This document shows positions 11,398 through 24,268 of a stretch of 64,000 bases of DNA, piece by piece. The notes under the pieces were generated by a model. It made no database searches and was not told where the DNA came from. It was given only the letters and a program-made list of their open reading frames with translations. Within the stretch, counting starts at the first letter, position 1, and the number at the start of each line of letters is the position of its first letter. The position numbers were made by a program, and so were the translations under genes. Source of the DNA: Octopus bimaculoides (taxonomy: Eukaryota); contig NC_068981.1 in assembly GCF_001194135.2 (NCBI RefSeq), positions 155,795,367 through 155,859,366 of the forward strand, written 5' to 3'.

Positions 11398-11742
11398 AAT
11401 GTATGTTTGTATAGAGACCAACACATCCATACCTAGGTCCATCGTATTGATTTCGATTTTCTGGTGTTTGGGTTATTCATTGTAAAGAATTAATGTAAAG
11501 AAATTTTTGCTCTTCATAAAGTTATGATTTTTGGTTAAAGCTTATTAGACTGTGTCGATATTAATCAATTAATCAAGTATGGATTGATGTGCGTGTATGT
11601 ATGTATGCAAACTGCTGTTTATATTAATTTTATAATTTTGTATATATACATACATACACACCCGCTTATTTGCACGCGTATCACTGTATAAATTATTCAT
11701 TCACATATGCATTTCGGCATATGTGATTGACTATATACAGTC

Positions 11743-11777
<35 letters not shown>

Positions 11778-11989
11778 TGAATATGATGTATGTAAATTTG
11801 TATCTGTGTATTTATGTGCGTTTGCATGCCTCACAATTGCTTGGATTCTTCCTGTAAAGAACAAAGAAACGAAGCTCCATCCCTGGAATTTAGGCAAGCA
11901 TAACAATGAAGGAGTTACTTCATTCTATGCTTTAGAACTATGTACGTCAACGTGGATGGATTTATGAACGTATTTATCTACGTCTATGT

Positions 11990-11998
11990 ATGTAGATA

Positions 11999-12037
<39 letters not shown>

Positions 12038-12053
12038 TTTTATATGTGCGTGC

Positions 12054-12115
<62 letters not shown>

Positions 12116-12350
12116 CTACTTAGTTCTATGTATACAGTTATATACGTCTATATATGTAGATTTGTATGTATGTTTGTATGTAAGTTTGTATGTACGTATG
12201 TATGTATAATCGTCTGTATATGATTGTGCGTGTATACACACACGCACACATATATATGTATGTGTGTATGCATGCATGTATGTATGTATGTATGTATGTA
12301 TGTATGTATGTATGTATGTATGTATCTATCTATCTATCTATCTATCTATC
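11990..12350. repeat. (TA)n/(TATG)n/(TATC)n microsatellite cluster
   Basis: Direct reading. Confidence 0.95.
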
Positions 12351-13125
12351 CATCTATTATGTGTGTATACATACGTAGGAACATGTGCGTGTATGTCATT
12401 ATGCCATTATGCTCGTGTGTGAGGCGGTGGGGTCCGTGTACATACATGTGTGACAGTAACTGTATGCATTTCTGCCTAGTTTCTACCGCTCCATTAAGCC
12501 GTGGAGTGAAATTATGCCCCCTCCCTACCTCCCTCTTTTTTCCTTCCTCACTCTCTCCTAACCTGCGCTTTTTCTTTCAGTCCTCTCACTCTACCTTTGT
12601 CACGTCTCTGTTTCTCTACTTCTCCCCCCGTCCCTCGCTCTTTCTCCCCCTCTTTCTCTTTCTCACTCCTCTTTCTGGACGCACGAATATGTATGTTGTA
12701 ATTAACAATACAATAATAATATATTAAAGTAATTACAAAATTAAAACAAAACAAAAACAAACAAACAAACGCAATGAAACCACCGATATTACCACCAACA
12801 TAACCCCAAACACCATCACTGCTAACACCACAACAATACCACTAATAACAAACAAAACAACAACAACCAATTTATTACGAAAAACAAAAAATTTCGAACT
12901 CCAAACAAACCCGTTTCTTCGATAGATTTCCTGTTACAAATTTTTATTGAGATATTTTTTCGGAACAAAATATTTACAACTTGAGCTGGATTCTAATTGT
13001 ATCATAATTAAAGGATGTTAAATAATATTTTGTGTATAATGGTATATATATAACATTTGTATATGTAATATACATATATTTTATTTGTATATCATATAAT
13101 ATATATATTCTATTTATATAATACA

Positions 13126-13183
<58 letters not shown>

Positions 13184-13224
13184 TATTTGTATAATATATT
13201 TATATATTTTTATTTATATAATAT

Positions 13225-13379
13225 CGTGGCTGTGTGGTAAGTAGCTAGCTTCCCAACCACATGGTTACGGGTTCAGTTCCACTTCGTGGCACCTTGCACT
13301 AGTGTCTTTTTTTTTAGCCTCGGGCCGACCAAAGCCTTGGGAGTGGATTTGGTAGATGGAAACTGAAAGAAGCCCGTCG

Positions 13380-13411
<32 letters not shown>

Positions 13412-13618
13412 TGGATATATTTGTGTGTTTGTCCCTCGCACCATTGTTTGACAACTGGTGCTGGTGTGTTTACGTCCCCATAACTTAGCGGTTCGGCAAA
13501 AAAGACGGATAGAATAAGTACCAAGCTTACAATGAATAAGTTCAGGGGTAGATTTCTTCGACTAAAAGGCGGTACTCCAGCATGGCCAGTCAAAATGACT
13601 GAAACAAGTAAAAGAATA
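13225..13618 (+). mobile_element. tRNA-derived SINE family B with CORE-like segment and internal microsatellite
   Basis: gtggctgtgtggtaag...gggttcagttccact...gcaccttg...gtgtct; internal (TA)n; 3' end ggcggtactccagcatggcc...tgaaacaagtaaaagaata. Confidence 0.9.
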
Positions 13619-13851
13619 TATATATATAAATACAAAGGATATATAAGCATGTATACACACATAAATGTACATACTTACATCTACATGTGTATATAGATGC
13701 ATATTCGGATACAGGACGTTAGAAAAATGAACTACAGACAATGGAACGAACACATAGGAAAACAAATAGCCACTTGGAATTATTCCTTCATCAGCTGGCT
13801 CTGTTCTAAACTAGGCGTTTCAAGGAAATTAAATTGATAATACATATATTA

Positions 13852-14041
13852 TATTCTTTTCTTTGTTTCAGTCATTTGACTCTGCGGCCATGCTGGAGCA
13901 CCGTCTTTTAGTCGAACAAATCGACCCCAGAACTTATTCTACATCAGCCTAATACTTATTCTATCGGTTCATTTTGCTGAACCGCTAAGTTACGGGGGAC
14001 ATAAAGACACCAATATCGGTTGTCAAGCGATGGTGGGGGAA

Positions 14042-14082
<41 letters not shown>

Positions 14083-14226
14083 GACGGGCTTCTTTCAGAT
14101 TCCGTCTACCAAATCCACTTACAAGGCTTTGGTCGGCCCGAGGCTATAGTAGAAGGTGCCACGTAGTGGGACTGAACCCGGGACTATGTGGTTAGGAAGC
14201 AAGCTTCTTACCACACAACCATACCT
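13852..14226 (-). mobile_element. SINE family B, inverted relative to the 13225 copy
   Basis: Reverse-complement match over nearly the whole length. Confidence 0.9.
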
Positions 14227-14602
14227 GCGTCTATATGTTTGTTTCTAATTTCTGCGCCTATATAACTGTTTCTAATTTGTGCACAAACCTACCCAATTTG
14301 TTGGGAAAGGGTTTGTCTGTTGTATCAACTCCAATTGCTTAGCTGTTACTTTACTTTATCAGCCCCGATGGACGACATTCAAAGTCAACTCGGTAGGATT
14401 AAAAATAATCTTTGGTGGTAATGATGGAGAAGTGTAAATAGGCGTTGATGGTTAGTGATTGCCGAGGGTCACTGGTCGCTGTGATGGTAATGGCAATAGT
14501 AGTAGCGGTGGTCATGGTTTTTGCAGCGGGTGGAATGTAATGATTGACTAGTGGTAGTAATGGCGTTGTTTAGTGGAGTTTGTGGTAGTGGTAGTTGTGG
14601 TG

Positions 14603-15393
14603 TACGCAGTGCATTCCAGAAATTTTGAGACTTTTTTAGGAGCGCTAGTTATAACTGCCCTAGTTATAACTTTTTAATCCAGACTGAAGAAGACGGCTAT
14701 AACAGCACTTTGAACACATCCTACTGAACATTGCTTGCCACATCTGACTTGTTTACAGAATGCAGTCGGGAGGTGAAGACAATTTGGAAACTCACTCTAC
14801 AATAAAGTCTTGTGTTAAACTGGGTAAAAACGCAACAGAAACTTATTAAATCCCTCAGTCTGATTATAGATTAACTTGTATGAGCCGAGTATCTGTTGTC
14901 TTTCGCTGGCACAAGTGGCCAGGCAAAGTAAATCTGCTAGGAAGCTTATGATGATCATTTTTCGACATTCAAGACCATTATCTACATATACTGGGGGACG
15001 GTCAACAAAGAGTACTTTGTGGAAGCTTTGAAGGAGTTCAGAGATTTCGTCGCAAAAGGCCAGAACACTTGCACCAGGACAATGCACCGGTTCACAATTC
15101 CTTCCTGATAACTAACTACTTGACAGAGATGGGTATCAAAACTTTTCCTCACCCTACTTACAGTCCTTGCTCCTTATGACATTTGGTTGTTCCTCAAACT
15201 AAATAAGATGAAGGAGGCTGGGACAAGGGTCCAGGACACCTTCACTTTGGAGGACTTCCATGGGGCCTTCATGAAGTGGCTGGAGTGCGACAACAAGTGC
15301 AAAATCAAGAGATCTTACTTTGGGGGAGGCTAGAGAATTTGTACTTCTTTATAATAAATAGAAAGGTTTCAAAGCTTCCGAAATCACATTGTA
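14603..15393 (+). mobile_element. Internally deleted mariner transposon with degenerate TIRs
   Basis: IKSCVKLGKNATETY*...CMSRVSVVFRWHK (HTH) and QDNAPVHNS...GIKTFPHPTYSP(fs)LAPYDIWLF (YSPDLAPxD motif); ends tacgcagtgcattccagaaattttgagac / rc tacaatgtgatttcggaagctttgaaac. Confidence 0.9.
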
Positions 15394-15475
15394 GGTTACT
15401 AGAAATAGCATCACATTTTCTCTACTATTATATAATATCTTAAGTTGGCAAGCTGGCAGAGTCGTTAGTACACAG

Positions 15476-15709
15476 AAGGCGACGAGTTGGCAGAAACGTT
15501 AGCACGCCGGTTGAAATACTTAGCGGTATTTCGTCTGCCGTTACGTTCTGAGTTCAAATTCCGCCGAGGTCGACTTTGCCTTTCATCCTTTCGGGGTCGA
15601 TAAATTAAGTACCAGTTACGCACTGGGGTCGATGTAATCGACTTAATCCCTTTGCCTGTCTTTGTTTGTCCCCTCTATGTTTAGCCCCTTGTGGGCAATA
15701 AAGAAATAA
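15476..15709 (+). mobile_element. SINE family A, long-tail subfamily, full length, well preserved
   Basis: A box tggcagaaacgttag, B box gagttcaaattcc, tail atgtttagccccttgtgggcaataaagaaataa. Confidence 0.93.
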
Positions 15710-16183
15710 GAATCGTTAGTTCAAAGGGCGATGGCGGTGGCAGTGGCGCCGGCGGTGCGACGGTGGTGGTTGTGGTGCTAGTGTTCATAGTATTGGTTAT
15801 AGTAGGAATAATAGTGGTGAATTGACAATGGTGTTAATAACAGTAGCGTTGACGGCAGAGGTGTTGTCGGTAGTGGTGTGATATTAGTGGTTGTGACAGT
15901 AAGGGTGGTAATGGTGGTAGAGATGGTAGTGGCAGTTGCTAGATTAGACAGCTAGGTGTGGGTTTAGAGGAGCTGACAGTGTCTTATTTTACTGGTGTTG
16001 ATGTGCTACGGTGTGCAGAATCTGTTTACCTGTCTTTAAGGCAGAAACATTTCATTTTTTGTTGTTTTAATTCAGATCTTCGAAATAATAGAGAATTTTT
16101 AGTCTTGATTAATGTAAACAAATAATTCTTGAATGAATTTAACTTGTTAGTTTAATTATTAAAATATAAAGAAACAAACTACA

Positions 16184-16216
16184 ATTATTATTATTATTAT
16201 TATTATTATTATAATA

Positions 16217-16273
<57 letters not shown>

Positions 16274-16290
16274 GTTGTTGTTGTTGTTGC
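16184..16290. repeat. (TTA)n/(TTG)n microsatellite
   Basis: Direct reading. Confidence 0.95.
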
Positions 16291-17349
16291 TGCTAATTTT
16301 TTGGTGTTGATGTTTTCAAATGTTTCTTGTTTGTGTTTAGCAACTAAATGTTTGGATTTCCGCGACAGTATATATATATATATANNNNNNNNNNNNNNNN
16401 NNNNNNNNNNNNNNNNNNNNNNNNNNNNNNNNNNNNNNNNNNNNNNNNNNNNNNNNNNNNNNNNNNNNNNNNNNNNNNNNNNNNNNNNNNNNNNNNNNNN
16501 NNNNNNNNNNNNNNNNNNNNNNNNNNNNNNNNNNNNNNNNNNNNNNNNNNNNNNNNNNNNNNNNNNNNNNNNNNNNNNNNNNNNNNNNNNATATATATAT
16601 ATATATATATAGACATACACATATATATATATACATATATATATATATAGATATATATGTGTATATATATATATAGATATATATGTATATATATATGTAT
16701 GTATATATATATATGTCTGTATGTATATGTATACATGTATATATGTTTATATTTATGTGTGTGTGTGTGTGTGTGTGTGTGTATCTGTGTGTATTTGTAT
16801 GAGTGTCTGTGTTTGTGTATGTGCGTGTGTGAGCGCGTGCGCGTGACTATGTATAATTATGTGCGTGTTTGTAAATGCTTATATAAATTTGAATATTTAT
16901 ATAGAGACATAACTTCTATTGCGTGTACATGTGTGTGTGCGTGTGAGTGCGTGTGAGCGTCTTCCTCTGGGTAGACTCAAACACGATATATCAACAGAGC
17001 GTTTGTCCATTGTTTGAAGTTTGGTGCGGTGGAGACGTTTATCAGTTGGCGTATCAACGTGTATGTGCGTGCGTGTTACAGAAATGCATAAATATTACAT
17101 ATCAAATATGCGCATGAGAATACACTCCCACACAGACACACATGCACACACACATATACATATTTAGACACATACATTCATACATTTATTCATACAAGCA
17201 CATATATGTGAGTATACACACGCACACACAAACACACAAAATCATATATATGTGTATGTATGTATGTATGTATGTATTATGTATGTATATGTATGTATGT
17301 ATTATGTCTGTGTGTATATATATATATATAATGTGCGTATGTATGCATG

Positions 17350-17383
<34 letters not shown>

Positions 17384-17400
17384 TAAGAGTACATATATAC

Positions 17401-17449
<49 letters not shown>

Positions 17450-17454
<5 letters not shown>

Positions 17455-18594
17455 GAGTACTGATTCATTAACATATCAAGAAATGTTAACCATTCCAAAA
17501 TCCATCACTCGCATTCATTTAATTCACATAAACACAAACCATACTACCGAATACACATTGAGCTGTTCTACATCTTTGATTATTAAATAACTGACTTGGG
17601 TATACTGTGTATGTGTGTGTGTGTGTGTNNNNNNNNNNNNNNNNNNNNNNNNNNNNNNNNNNNNNNNNNNNNNNNNNNNNNNNNNNNNNNNNNNNNNNNN
17701 NNNNNNNNNNNNNNNNNNNNNNNNNNNNNNNNNNNNNNNNNNNNNNNNNNNNNNNNNNNNNNNNNNNNNNNNNNNNNNNNNNNNNNNNNNNNNNNNNNNN
17801 NNNNNNNNNNNNNNNNNNNNNNNNNNNNNNNNNNNNNNNNNNNNNNNNNNNNNNNNNNNNNNNNNNNNNNNNNNNNNNNNNNNNNNNNNNNNNNNNNNNN
17901 NNNNNNNNNNNNNNNNNNNNNNNNNNNNNNNNNNNNNNNNNNNNNNNNNNNNNNNNNNNNNNNNNNNNNNNNNNNNNNNNNNNNNNNNNNNNNNNNNNNN
18001 NNNNNNNNNNNNNNNNNNNNNNNNNNNNNNNNNNNNNNNNNNNNNNNNNNNNNNNNNNNNNNNNNNNNNNNNNNNNNNNNNNNNNNNNNNNNNNNNNNNN
18101 NNNNNNNNNNNNNNNNNNNNNNNNNNNNNNNNNNNNNNNNNNNNNNNNNNNNNNNNNNNNNNNNNNNNNNNNNNNNNNNNNNNNNNNNNNNNNNNNNNNN
18201 NNNNNNNNNNNNNNNNNNNNNNNNNNNNNNNNNNNNNNNNNNNNNNNNNNNNNNNNNNNNNNNNNNNNNNNNNNNNNNNNNNNNNNNNNNNNNNNNNNNN
18301 NNNNNNNNNNNNNNNNNNNNNNNNNNNNNNNNNNNNNNNNNNATGTATGTATGTATGTATGTATGTATGTATGTGTATATATAATCATATATATTATATA
18401 TATATTTATACACACACACACACACACACACATACACAGTATACCCAAGTCAGTTATTTAATAATCAAAGATGTAGACCAGCTCAATGTGTATTCGGTAG
18501 TATGGTTTGTGTTTATGTGAATTAAATGAATGCGAGTGATGGATTTCGGAATGGTTAACGTTTCTTGATATGTTAATGAATCAGTACTCTTCTA
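17450..18594. repeat. ~180-bp near-perfect inverted repeat (17450-17628 / 18411-18594) bracketing a gap
   Basis: The arms are reverse complements; I count three substitutions in the non-microsatellite part. Confidence 0.95.
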
Positions 18595-20689
18595 ACTTCT
18601 AAGGAAGCATTCTTGGTATTAGTGTAAAGGTGAAAACTTACTATTTTGATAGGAGGTAGAAACATCTATGCGCTATTGTGAGTTTTGTGCCCGTGTTTTT
18701 ATGCACTAATAATATTTCATTCCCTTCATCTTTTTGTGTAAGGCTGTGATACATGCGGTTCGCAACAATGCAATTCACACGTCCAGTGCACTTTTATATC
18801 AAAAATACTTATTATTGTTTTAATTTTGAAATTATTCTGTAAAATTTATGTCTCTAAAATGTCTTCGAAGTCGACGCCTACATCGTATCGTGATTAACAC
18901 TGGTTCCAATTATTCAAATCAGTGAATCTAAGGGAATCTTTTATTATTTTAGTCACTGAAAAAGAAGCTCATGCATCTGTATATCAACAAATTTTATCTA
19001 TTTCTCCTTCACTCTATCGAACCATATCAAAGCATTTTTTTTTTCAGATTTATACACCTGTTCATCCAAATGATTCGAGTGATATGAACTATATTGAAAG
19101 GTTTTGCCGCTGAATCATTGCAAACATTCTATCTAGAACTGTGAGCATTCATTTGACAATTTCTATCTCCGTCCTCGCTTTAAGGACAACTTAATAGAAT
19201 TGTATATATAGTATGTGGATGAGTTTTTCCTACACAGCTCTTCTCATACCTCACTCGTTACTTTCATTATTGTTAATAATATTGTTATAATGTTCATTAA
19301 ACCTTTTATCCATTTATTTTAGCTTACTCTACGAATAGGGTTTTCATGAATAATTGTTGTTATCCGGTCTGCAAAGCGAAACGAGTTTGGAACCCCTATT
19401 TTTGGGCCTCAGATTTATACACGGTGTCACCCTATTCCTAGCAGCTAGTGTAAATGGATCATTCTGGATTCTGTTTCTCTGCCATCACTACCATAATTGC
19501 AGTTGATGATATGATGATTCTGTTATAGTTTCCATTTGCGCTGTTGAATTTCATGTGCTTGCTGCATTTGATGGTGATTTAAGGTCATTATCGTTGCCGT
19601 ATATACTGTTGTTATTGATTTTGCTGTTGTTCCTGCTGAAAGCATTGCTACTGTTGTGTTCATGCTATTATTTGGCCTGTCAGCTTTAATACTTTAAGCT
19701 GCACTGGCAAGACTTTACTCATTGTCACACATCGAAGGTTACTGAACTTTCAAACTGTAAGCAATGGAGCAGCCATCGCCAACACCTGTTAAACACCAAT
19801 GCTATGATGCAGTTCTCTTTGAAGATATAAAGCTTCTGTTACTAGCGCTCTGTCATTCATGCATACAGATACAAAACATTTTGTATTCTGCCACTTTATC
19901 TTAGCACTTATTTTATCAATGGTTTCTTTGATTAATTGGCACCAAGCCACAGATTTGTAAGGGTGACGTATGCTTAACTCGAACCTTATTTTATCGATTT
20001 AACGGAATTTAAACTCATAATGTATAGCAAGGTATCTAAGTACCGCAAGGTATTTTCTCTATTACTCGACGGGTTTTGCCATTCCAACGACGCTCAAAAA
20101 GCGGTATCATTATCAACATTGTCAACAACCAACACCACCTCCACCACCACCATCACTACAACCACCACAACTACGATGACAAGAACAACAACAACAGCAG
20201 TAACAACAACAGTAACAACAGTAACAACAACAATAACAACAGTAACAACAACAATAACAACAGCAACAAAACTGATGACGCCGATAAAAGCACCATCAAA
20301 AATAATGACAACTGTTTCCGACATAGGCATTAGGCCAGGAATTTTGTGCAAATATAAAGAGCTCAGACGAAACGCCGCAAAAATAACAACTACAGTTGTA
20401 GCAGTAACAACAACAACAGCAGCAGCAATAATACTAGTAATGATTTCTTTCTTTTTGTTTTCTTTTTTCTTTTTTAACTAATAATGACTTCATTTATTTA
20501 CTACAGGAGCGTCGAATATAATCACCCACACTGTATGTAAGAAAGGTATAATATATATGACATATATAGACTGAGTTATTACACAAAAAACCGAATAAAA
20601 GGACACTGAGGTAAAGCAAGTGTATGTAGTATACATCAAAAAGTGATGATGATTCGATTGCTCTATTAAAAGAGGGCTTCCAGTTCGAG

Positions 20690-20870
20690 TCAATAAAAGA
20701 ACTCCGCAGATCAAGGATCACACTGACCGCCAAGGGTATATTTCAATCTCTCTCTAACTTTTACTATTTTCACCAATGACGCAGCCATTCTTTTAACAAA
20801 TTTGCTGGACGATAGCAGTTCCTCAACATTCTTTTCTAAGTGGAATCTGAAAAACGTCGACGACAGTTTC
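20690..20870 (+). mobile_element. Possible very old LINE RT relic
   Basis: Frameshifted RQG.IS...TIFTNDAAILL...SKWNLKN loosely resembles RT motifs (RQG..LSP..F.IF.ND; W.L..N). Confidence 0.3.
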
Positions 20871-20915
20871 ATCAAATGAGAAAGTCTCTGTATTCAGTCT
20901 TCTCAGCCTTACGTC

Positions 20916-20965
20916 AAGACCCCCTTCGGTCATGAATGACCATGATATTGTACCTAGATTGTCTA
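20916..20965 (-). mobile_element. 3' fragment of SINE family E
   Basis: aagacccccttcggtcatgaatgaccatg matches 57608-57645. Confidence 0.7.
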
Positions 20966-21309
20966 CTCAAAGGGGCAAGATTACACCAAAGGCTCCTCTA
21001 AAACGTTATTATTTTACTTCTTTTATAAGGACCCATGTGGAAATGGTATTTAACTTTATTTTGTATGTGTCTGTGTCTGATTGTATAGGGTGCCTATCTA
21101 CTGGTAGTTTAGGGAGTTAAAACATTCCTCTTACATGAAGATATCATTTACAACCTCTTCTGTTGTATAACATTAGTAAAGTCGATCAGACGGTGCTGGA
21201 TTCGTGTGTTTGGTTGATTGTTTTATTGTTCCTGTATTTCTTCATGTTTTTTTCCTTTTCGCAGTGAAAGTTTGTAGACTCTTTTGCATTCCATCTTCGT
21301 TTGTGTTTC

Positions 21310-21314
<5 letters not shown>

Positions 21315-21391
<77 letters not shown>

Positions 21392-21440
21392 GTGCTTTGT
21401 GTGTGTGTATTTTGTGTGTGTGTGTTGTATGTGTTGTGTG

Positions 21441-21483
<43 letters not shown>

Positions 21484-21505
21484 GTGTGTGTGTGTGTGTA
21501 TGTGC
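21315..21505. repeat. (TG)n microsatellite
   Basis: Direct reading. Confidence 0.97.
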
Positions 21506-21899
21506 GTGTGTGCGGTGCGGCATCGCCATTTGCCTTCTTTCTCATTGTACATCCGATACAAGTTTGCTACGATTTGATCTGATTCTCTTCCTTGTCAGTT
21601 AATGAGAAAGGAAAGTGTGAGAATGAAGGCTGGTTGTGCATGTGACTGTGTTATTTGTGTTAATGGTGGTTTTGTAGGAAGAGATACTCGAGAAAGACTT
21701 CCTGTTTGGAAGGTGGTGAAAGTAAATTCTTTCGCTGCATTGAGAGTGTTTTGAGGGATTTAATCCACTAGTACTGTTCCTGCTTCTAATGCTAGTGCTG
21801 CAGTCGATGATGTTTTTCTTGCTGCAGTCGATGATGTTTTTCTTGCTGCAGTTGATGTTGTGGTCTTGGCATTGACAGATGACAGATTTTAGTCACTTT

Positions 21900-22115
21900 T
21901 ACTTTGGTTATTGGTGCTCTGCCGGAACCGAAGGCAAGAAGTTGACTCTGAACTGGCGTTGCGTAGTTCTTTGTGTCCCTGCAATCCTGTTCTGTTCGTA
22001 GGGGCTGGCACCTCTGTTGGTGCAGCTTCACCATGTAGCGCGGTTTTGTGCTAGCGTTTCCCAGCAGTTGGGTTTGATCTCAAAGCACTTCAGTGAGATT
22101 TTGATTCTCAAGCCT
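21900..22115 (-). mobile_element. RTE-1/BovB-like LINE C-terminal fragment
   Basis: KISLKCFEIKPNCWETLAQNRATW*SCTNRGASPYEQNRI; also a DNA match to the 23765-24150 copy (gcacctctgttggtgcagctt). Confidence 0.8.
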
Positions 22116-22276
22116 TCTACCATGTAGATGAAGCCAGATGTCTTTTCGAGATTAATATGAGCAGGTGGGATTTATCCATGCACCTCCAAGAACAGGCTAT
22201 CCTTTTAAATATTTATTTCTTGTAGCACCTTTACTATTTTCTTACTTTGCTTTCCAAATATGGTAGCAAAAATATA

Positions 22277-22650
22277 CGCAGTGTGGCTGTGTGGTAAGAC
22301 GCTTGCTTCCCAGCCACACGGTTTCGGGTTCAGTCCTACTGCGTGGTACCTTGGGCCAGTGTCTTCTACTATAGCCTCGAGTTGACTAAAGCCTTGTGGG
22401 AAGTTTTGGTAGACGGAAACTGAAAGAAGCCCGTCGTATATATATATGTGTATGTACGTGTGTATATATGTGTGTGTCTGTGTTTATCCCAGCACCATCA
22501 CTTGACGACCTATGTTGGTGTGTTTATGTCCCCGTAACTTAGCGGTTCGGCAAAAGAGACCGATAGAATAAATACTAGGCTTACAAAGAATAAGTCCTGG
22601 GGTCGATTTATTCAACTAAAGGTGGTGCTCCAAAGTAAAGAATAAAAGAA
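22277..22650 (+). mobile_element. SINE family B
   Basis: Full match to the 13225 copy, including ccttgggccagtgtcttctactatagcctcg. Confidence 0.9.
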
Positions 22651-22685
22651 TTTCTCGGACGAATTTCTCAGACGAATTTCTCTCT

Positions 22686-22719
<34 letters not shown>

Positions 22720-23399
22720 NNNNNNNNNNNNNNNNNNNNNNNNNNNNNNNNNNNNNNNNNNNNNNNNNNNNNNNNNNNNNNNNNNNNNNNNNNNNNNNNN
22801 NNNNNNNNNNNNNNNNNNNNNNNNNNNNNNNNNNNNNNNNNNNNNNNNNNNNNNNNNNNNNNNNNNNNNNNNNNNNNNNNNNNNNNNNNNNNNNCTCGGA
22901 TAAATCTTAGGCTCTTCGTTTGATTTTTTAAATTAAAAATAAATAATATTGCTTTATATTTAAGATTCACTTCTTTAAAAAGGTTCCTCAATGTCAACTT
23001 CCGGTATTGACGTAACAACGGCAAAAAGCTTCACTCTCTATTTTCTGTGTGAGTTGTGGGTTCGTGTGTATGAGAGAGAGAGAGTAAATACTACATACAC
23101 ACCGCTCTCTCACTCTGTCTCACACACATACACACGCACACACACACCCCTTGACTCACTCACACTCTGTCTCTTACAAACACACACATACATAAATGTA
23201 TACAAACATATTTACAAAGACACACGTGTGCGCGCGCGCGCGCGTGGTGGGTTCCACAATCGCCATTTATTTCAATTACTCTTGTGAGGATATTCACGTA
23301 AATCATTTCTTTCATTTAATCCTCATTTTAATTTTCGTAAACGTTTCCAAGTACCAATGAAGCTTTTTGGCACATCTTCAATTTTCCCCATTCATGAGA

Positions 23400-23534
23400 G
23401 GCGCCCAGCCATCATTCATCTGAGAGTCCATCTACAGAATGTCCTCAAATTTCTATACAGCATATTTTGCCTTTTTTTCTTCAAGTATATAAGCAACAAT
23501 TTCATTCCCGAGCAACGCCGGGTGCCTCTGCTAG
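23400..23534 (+). mobile_element. Helitron-like 3' terminus
   Basis: GC-rich hairpin cccgagcaacgccggg (23507-23522), 8 nt spacer, then CTAG followed by T. The 5' extent is unknown. Confidence 0.6.
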
Positions 23535-23764
23535 TTGACTATAAAACCACCAGCATCTAAATTTGCTTTCCTTTTCTAAACTCCACATGTTTTTCATAGT
23601 TTTTTCTCATCTTGTAACGGGATATGGCTGTCAATTTTTCTGGCATTTTTCGTAATACATTTGTAAATGAAGATCTTTTGAATCGCTAACTTTTCTACTT
23701 CTGGAATTGCAAGTCATTCGGATTTCACCACACAATGTTTACATGCATACATTTTAGCATCTAC

Positions 23765-24150
23765 TATTATTTCGTCGGTCGTTGTCGACGATGACCAAAG
23801 ACATCACATGGGAAGAAGAAGATAGGGCACGGTGTGTCCGGCTGTGGCCGATCGGTCCAATGAGGGCTGGGAAGGCTCTACTGCAAGACGGGTACTGGTG
23901 GTCTGTTGGGATTGAAGGCGAGGAGTTGACTCTGGACTTGCGTAGTTCATGCTTTCCTTGTACCCCTAAATCTTTTTCTGTTCTTTGGAAATGGCACCTC
24001 TGTTGGTGCAGCTTCTCCAGGCAGGGCGATCTTGCGCTAGTGTTTCCTAGGTTTTGGGGTTAATATCAAAGCTCTCTTCAGGGAGGCTTTGTATGTATCT
24101 TCGAAGCGCTTTTTCTGTCCACCTTGCGTGCGCTTGCCTTCTGCTAGATC
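23765..24150 (-). mobile_element. RTE-1/BovB-like LINE 3' end with degenerate C2H2 finger
   Basis: EGKRTQGGQKKRFEDTYKASLK(fs)...ETLAQDRPAWRSCTNRGA...YPSCSRAFPALIGPIGHSRTH...VIVDNDRR. Confidence 0.9.
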
Positions 24151-24215
24151 ACTTGGGGAGTCGTGTGTCAAGCATTCGAACACACGCACACGCGCAGCAC
24201 ACGCACACGCGCAGC

Positions 24216-24268
<53 letters not shown>

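Noticed and set aside
13770-13830. Minus-strand CUGAUGA with a GGAA/UUCC hairpin and nearby GAAAC
   Set aside because: No arrangement gives GAAA, stem III and UH in the required order with paired stems.
20020-20481. 153-aa Thr-rich ORF resembling a mucin
   Set aside because: It is an (ACA/ACC/AAC)n mosaic joined to an A-SINE remnant; no splice or start context.
21797-21857. 24-bp tandem repeat (2.5 units)
   Set aside because: Local duplication with no spacers and no functional clue.
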